DNA of 64,000 bases from Octopus sinensis (lineage: Eukaryota). Every line of letters begins with the position of its first letter. Within the stretch, counting starts at the first letter, position 1. Below are positions 57,252-64,000 of this stretch, in pieces. The stretch is from the NCBI RefSeq assembly GCF_006345805.1, contig NC_043015.1, forward strand, positions 6,076,001 to 6,140,000, read 5' to 3'. Both the position numbers and the translations under genes were made by a program. The notes beneath the pieces were generated by a model. It was not told the origin of the DNA. It made no database searches and was given only the letters and a program-made list of their open reading frames with translations.

Positions 57252-58149
57252 GTATGTTTGCATTGGATAACGTCATCGAGGGAGCATACTCTTTAGGAAA
57301 ATACAGATAACAGGCCACACAGAGCTACGAGCGCTTTCTTCATAAATCTGCTTCATCATGGAAAATGTGGCTAACACCATCTACAACAACAACGACAACA
57401 GGACTAACAGCAATTTGACAATTGTATATCATATTTCCTTGTGCACAGGACTTTGTCTAATGAAAAACTCACTGTCCTAACAATTTGAGAATTAGTTATC
57501 TATGAGATTTTGTTACGTAAAGAGGTTATAAAAATATTTTTTTCTTTCTCGGTCATCTATTTTTACATGATGCTATTTCAATACGAACTGTGTTTATGCT
57601 GAAATTTTGAGTCAATTTTGAGTGGCGTTTTATCTCTATAGTGTTTGAAATAAGGCTTCTCCGACTTATCAGGTCAAATTAATATGATGAGGAAGTTCAG
57701 GTTGAAATCAGCAATTAATCACTTTCTTGAGGCCTGTCATCATTTGGACTACAATAATTTGTTTCCTGGTTCTGCTTTGACACAAGCTTTCAATTTTACG
57801 AGGACTTCTTGAAAGTGTTCTAAATTAAATGAACACAAAACTGTAATAACTTTATCCCTCCCTTGAATAAGAACGTATTATCAACGTCTCGGCTATATTT
57901 CTGTGGATAGTCCTTTCCTCAGTCGAATCGTTCCTACTCCAGAGACAAAGTCAGTTGATTTGAGCAATTTTCTTCTTCAACGGTCTGAAATTGGCAAAGA
58001 CGTTACGATACTACATGAAACTAAGTTTGAGGAAATTTTATACTTAAAATTTCCCCAAAATGTCCAGTTATTTTTTGCTGCATGGTAGCTTGTGTGCCTT
58101 AAGGACTCTGAGAGTTATGGCAGCTTAGTGCAGGCACCTGACAGCACCT

Positions 58150-58430
58150 CCTATGTCGGACTTGCTAATATGGACAGCATCTTACCAGCAGTGAAAATGG
58201 GTTTACATATGGCAAATGGCCCTTCCTAGAAAAAAGTTACAGATGAATGTATAAAAATTGAAAAAATTGGAGAAGGCCTTCCCTAAAGGAGGTATATGAA
58301 GTGGTGTATTAAAATCTGGAAGGATGCCACAAGGGAGAGGTAGGGATCAGATTGGAGAGAAGCAGAAAAAGACAACCCAGAGTCGAGAACTGTGGGGAGG
58401 AACCGTTGATGGTCTATGCTCTATAGGGGT
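58150..58430 (+). mobile_element. RTE-type LINE 3' end remnant
   Basis: KKTTQSRELWGGTVDGLCSIG resembles the RTE terminus AQDR..WR..V.GLCS.G. Confidence 0.55.
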
Positions 58431-60961
58431 GAAAATATTTAGTACTGTATATTTTCTACAATACAAATACAGTTTCAGATTACCAAATTTTCATCAACGT
58501 TCTTTGATAAACATTGAGCTAGGATTGAACCATTCTCAACCTTGCCACAACCATAAATAATTAAAAACCTAAATACAAGTTATATAATAACGAAAACCTC
58601 GAATAACCACGTATTTTATTGAAAAAATGTCTTCAGTACAACATTTCAGTAATAATGATTAAGTATATTCAATGGAAAAACGTGTATAGTAAACCCGCCA
58701 CACACATACATACACACACAAGTTAAAACTTATATGACAAAAGACAATCTATAACACTGCTCCCTAGATTATATATATTTCATATAAACTAAAGAATATT
58801 CCTATGAAACAGTTATCACAAAGGTGAAACAAATCAATGCTAAATCCAGTTTCGTTTCAAAACTGGTATAGAAATAACATGAAATATTTGTGAAATGACT
58901 ATTGGCATGGATTTGTTTCACTCTGTGCAATCATATAACTTCAATCTAGAACATTCATTTATCAAACACACATGCACATTCGCTCATGTATAAACATACA
59001 CACATCTAGGTGTTATGCAATGCAAACTTGCGCAATGCACTCATCTACATTTTAAGCAATAGATGCTTGGAGCACCAAACAAGACCTGAACGGACTGAAT
59101 GCAACTGTACCAATACAATAACATACAGACTTTTCGAAAATGCGTTCTGAAGTCCCTTGTGCAGAAAACCACAGTAACAACAATAGGCAGTATTGAAATG
59201 GCATACAGATGATTTACAATGAATTCTATAGGAATTCAGTGCAAACAGCACTTAAATGTATTTAGAACCAGATATATAATCAATGTAGAATCTTTATCGA
59301 GATAGACAAGGAACTCAAAATAAAGGAATCCACTGTACCACAAGGAAGTTGTGTATAATCAGTAAACAACTTATCTATAGATTCAAGTTAAGCATTGTGC
59401 AAAAGTTTCATGCCTAATATATTAACAACTAATATTCCAAAGGAAGTATCATGTTATTCTGAAGATTTCTCTATAGACAATATATCTTCATAGAATTTCA
59501 AACCCAAGCAGGTTAAAATACGATTCAATAAAAATTTACATTTGATATCTAGAATAATTTCCTTTTGGCTCCAATAATCTGTTGCATGAAACCTAGGTTA
59601 GATTATTTCATAGCCATCTATTGAATTAGACAGCGTGTAGTGTGTATACATACATGTACAGGCGTAGGTTGTATGCTTTTGTGCGTGTGAGTGAGCGTGT
59701 TCTGAAAGCGCTGCAATGGATTGTTAGATGGTTAAATCAGCGTCTAGTGTAAAACAAATTCATATCGATAGCCATTTTGCAAATATTTATTGAATATTTC
59801 TCATATATTAGAAGTCATGAAATTGCATAAGTATTCAAAGTTGCAAGATTAAATGAAATACATTAATTTCTTTAAGTAGTTTATAATATGTTTTCGAGTA
59901 AAATTATATTTCTGTATTTCATAATTAAACTGATAAAGTTAAATAGGTTTTCAGTCAAGTTGGAAATCAACTCACTATTTGCTTCATTATTCTTCATTTC
60001 TTTACGGAAATGCTTAAAACAAACAATCTTTTAAAGAGTTTTAACCTTGCTACGCATTACAAATATTATTTGTAGTTGCTCAATATTTTTTTTTCAGACG
60101 TAGCTAACTAATGCAAAAGAAATATCAAAAGAATATAAATTGACTTTGATATTAGGATTTGAATCAATTCAAACGTTTCGGTAATATATTGATTCTTTCT
60201 CCGTTTGAAAATAATTTTATCTAGATAATTAAATTGTAATCTTTAAAATATTACTTGCTGAAGAAGTTTTAATAAATTGCCATTAAATCAATTGAATATC
60301 ATGCTCACTACTGTACTCCTGCTATACTAAAGTTTCAATAAGTATACTACATATATAACTGTGTAGAAACGAAATACAAAAACCAGATATAGCTGTGACT
60401 TGTTATTCAAAAGCGCTGAAAAGAGTTTGAATAAGCCAGAATATTTTATATGGGGTAATTTGAAAATATTTCGTATTTCTATAAATAAACATTGGATCGA
60501 ATTTTATGTGTGACATATATGTTATTTACGATAAAATTTTAATGGATTTCTAGTAAAACTATTGTGACATGTTTTCATTTGAAAATAAATTTGTTCATTT
60601 TCTATTTCTGAGAAAAACCAATTCTATCAGTTATACGTTTCATTTCCATTCTATCTATACAGCTATATATCTATAACGATATTTTAGTTTTATTCATGCT
60701 ATATCATTTCAATGTTGCTCCTACCTTCGTGTCATCATTCGCCCTCTCTTTTCTATTCTTATTTACGTCAATATAGCCTTATATATTATTGATCTTATCC
60801 TGCTAGCTCTCGTTTCCACTTTCTTTCGAATATAATATCTGTGTTTCCTTCAATTAAATTTGTTAATCTGTCTAAACATTCACCAATCTTAAGAGGTTTC
60901 TCTATGCTTTCTCTATCTCACTTTCACGTGCCTTCTCTCCCCTCATCTTATATATTTATAC

Positions 60962-61017
<56 letters not shown>

Positions 61018-61479
61018 TTATTTGTGTATCTGTATCAATAATATTAGACTCATAATTCCCTCTCTCATTTTGCAAGATACCATGTTCAATATTCCTCTCC
61101 TTGAATACCATTCTCTAATTCTCTTTTTCTTTCAGTATTACCCTCTCCCTCTCGTTCTATCTCCATCTTTTGATATTAACTATTCTTCCCTTTTCACGCC
61201 CTCCTTCACGTATTTTTGCTCGCGATGTTTTCTTCTTTCTTTTTCTTTTTCTTTTCTTCAGCATATATTTCTTTCTTTTTTTTTTTCAAATTTATTATAT
61301 TGTATTACATTTGTTGTTTTTCTTTTCTTTTTTTTTTCTTTTACTAACATTACCCTTTTGACTTCAATTGCACGTAATTACAATTCTGTTGATGTGATTT
61401 CTTTCTGCAATTGGGAAAAGTTGAATCAATGTGTTGTAACGATTATTTCTATAGATTCGCAGAAAGCAATGCAACTTTA

Positions 61480-61742
61480 GCAATGGCAGCAACAAACAGA
61501 AACCAAAGCATTACTAGCATCAACATCAACAACAACAACAACAGCAGCAGCAGCAGCAGCAGCAGTGCCCAGTATAGTTATAGTAGTAAATATATGAGTA
61601 GGAGAATGGTGAAGTATAATTTTGATAGTAGTAAGAAATCTTTCAAACTCTAAGAATAACTGAGATATCTCTATAGCTGCACAAGTAGTGCTGCCTTTGG
61701 TGGTGATGGTGTTTATAATATACTTAGTAATTTTAGTAGTAT

Positions 61743-61790
<48 letters not shown>

Positions 61791-61880
61791 AAGTAGTAAT
61801 AATTGTAGTAGTAGTTGTAGTAGAAGTAGCCGTAGCAGTAGTAGTAGTAGAGTAGTAGTAGTAGCAGCAGCAGCATCAGC

Positions 61881-61925
<45 letters not shown>

Positions 61926-62134
61926 GTTGGTTTTGGTGGTGTGCTGGTGGTGGTGGTAGTAGTGTTGGTAGCGGTGGTGATGGTGTTGTTGCTGGTAGTA
62001 GTGGTAGTAGTAGAAGTCGTAGTAGTAGTAGTATTTGTAGTTTTAGTAGTAGTGGTGTTGGCCTTGTTGATGTTGGTAGTGGTAATATTAGTAGTGGTGG
62101 TGGTGGTGGTGGTAGTAGTAGTAGTACTAGCAGT

Positions 62135-62195
<61 letters not shown>

Positions 62196-62225
62196 CCACC
62201 AGCAGCAACAACAGCAACAGCGGTT
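61480..62225. repeat. (CAG/AAC)n and (AGT/GGT)n trinucleotide low-complexity block
   Basis: Directly visible; source of the poly-T/V/L ORFs. Confidence 0.9.
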
Positions 62226-62554
62226 ATGCTATCGCCACTTATTTTCGAGTATCTCAGAAATAGCATAACTCAGCAGATTATTTCTGAAACACGAAGGCAT
62301 GTAATTATGGTATGCTATGATTTCAAAAGCTTTCTAAATCTATGAAATAACTGGCATTTCGATATTCTTGCCTCTCAGGAGATTCATAGCATGTAAGAGT
62401 GTTTTAAAATAGATGTAATTTTCTTCGTTAAAAACAAAGAAAGACCTCATGAAATTAATATTCCCAATCAAATTATAACGTGATTACATTCAAGGTTTAG
62501 CATTCATATACCTATCTAACAAAGGACATAGTTTGTGTGTATCTATATATATAA

Positions 62555-62911
62555 GGCGCAGAGTGGCTGTGTTGTATGTAGCTTGCTTACCAACCACATT
62601 GTCCCGGGTTCATTCCCACTGCGTGGCAACTTCGGCAAGTATCTTCTACTATAGCTTCGGGCCGACCAAAGCCTTGTGGGTGGATTTGGTAGACGGAAAC
62701 TGAAAGAAGCCCGTCGTATATATGTATGTATATGTGTCTGTGTTTGTCCCCCAGCATCGCTTGACAGCTGATGATGGTGTGTCCACGTCCCCGCTACTTA
62801 GCAGTTCGATAAAAGAACCAGATAGAATAAATCCTGGTGTCGATTTGCTCGACTAAAGGCGGGGCTCCAGCATGGCCGCAGTCAAAATGACAGGAACAAG
62901 TAAAAGAGTAA
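62555..62911 (+). mobile_element. Family-A SINE with minimal internal microsatellite
   Basis: Complete head and tail; internal tract only about 20 bp. Confidence 0.92.
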
Positions 62912-63254
62912 TATGTGTGTGTGTGTCATAAATTCTTTATCTGATGAAAGTTGTAATGACAGCATTTCCTATCATGCTGCGCAAAACTGAAACGTACGTA
63001 TTAAATTGTTTCAAAATAACAGTATTTGGCTTGATTTCATTATTTCAGCTTGTATATGTGGTGTGTGTATATATGCATACACTTTATATACACACATATA
63101 GACACATATACACATAGATATGCACACATACTGAGATGTATTAAGTGTTACATACAGATTGTATAGTGTAAAAATTTAACCCATAATCATGCAGTATGTA
63201 TTTATCAGCAATTAAGATGTGTTCTTGTAATCGCTGAAAAATATTCTTTTCTAC

Positions 63255-63350
63255 TATAAGCCCAAGGCCCGAAATTTTGTAGGAGGGCGCCAGTCAATTA
63301 GATCTACTCCAGTACACAACTGGTACTTAATTTATCGACCTCGGTGGAAT
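63255..63350 (-). mobile_element. Family-B SINE 3' fragment
   Basis: ctggtacttaatttatcgacctc on the plus strand. Confidence 0.6.
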
Positions 63351-63571
63351 CGTTTAAAAATATTATCATCTGCACTCAATATATTGTCATTTAAATGAGT
63401 GGAGTAATGATGGTTAACAACATTACTCACTCACTTAAAACAGTTTGTAATGAATTAAAGTAAATTACAAATTAATTTAATGCATGTTTAATGAAATTCC
63501 TTGGAACTTGATAGCAATCCACTATAAATAGTGCCATCAAAACACTATGATAACATTATATATATTTTGTA

Positions 63572-63790
63572 AAGGGCGAGCCGGCTGAATCGTTAGCATG
63601 CCGAGCGTTAATGCCTAGCAGTATTTCTCTGCTGCTATGTTCTTAGTTCAAATTACACCGACGTCGACATTGCTTTTCATCTTTTCGGGTTAATGAAATA
63701 AATACCAGTTACGCACTGGGGTCGATGTAATCGACTATCTCCCTTCCCCCTAAATTTTCAAGGACTTGTGCATAGAGTAGAAATAATTAT
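63572..63790 (+). mobile_element. Family-B SINE
   Basis: gggcgagccggctgaatcgttagc head; accagttacgcactggggtcgatgtaatcgact body. Confidence 0.85.
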
Positions 63791-64000
63791 GTATATTTTG
63801 TGACGTGACACAGCATTAATAATTTATATCTTGCAATTCACTTGACGATGAAACTATTTTGAAACCTTATTAAATTTAAATTTAAAACGTTGCACATTTC
63901 AAACTGTAGAAACGTCATCCTATTTATTCTTCATATTGAAATACAATCTAGTCTTTATTTTTGTTCTTTAAATTGTGTATATATATATATATTTGCGTAA

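Noticed and set aside
57903-58088. ORF with DVTILHETKF, similar to APE endonuclease
   Set aside because: Only one weak motif; cannot distinguish an old LINE scrap from chance.

Overview
AT-rich eukaryotic intronic or intergenic DNA with very dense microsatellites. The SINE and transposon types look like an octopus (coleoid cephalopod) genome; this is recalled resemblance, not a database result. The window is dominated by tRNA-derived SINEs of at least four families (my labels A-D), decayed mariner transposons and a mariner-derived MITE, Penelope-like remnants (RT and GIY-YIG), and RTE/CR1-type LINE scraps. Almost all ORFs in the supplied track are translations of simple repeats. I recognise no named host gene, but list several low-confidence, phase-consistent candidate exons. 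The best directly visible signals are three near-identical local rearrangements, each anchored at a (TA)n tract: a 117-bp-arm foldback (8154-8396), an ~886-bp tandem duplication (31734-33510), and a 138-bp inverted duplication enclosing an exact 143-bp copy of a SINE segment located about 0.5 kb downstream (50877-51295). Each could be real template-switch or end-joining repair, or an assembly artefact. I found no evidence for a new multi-gene system.
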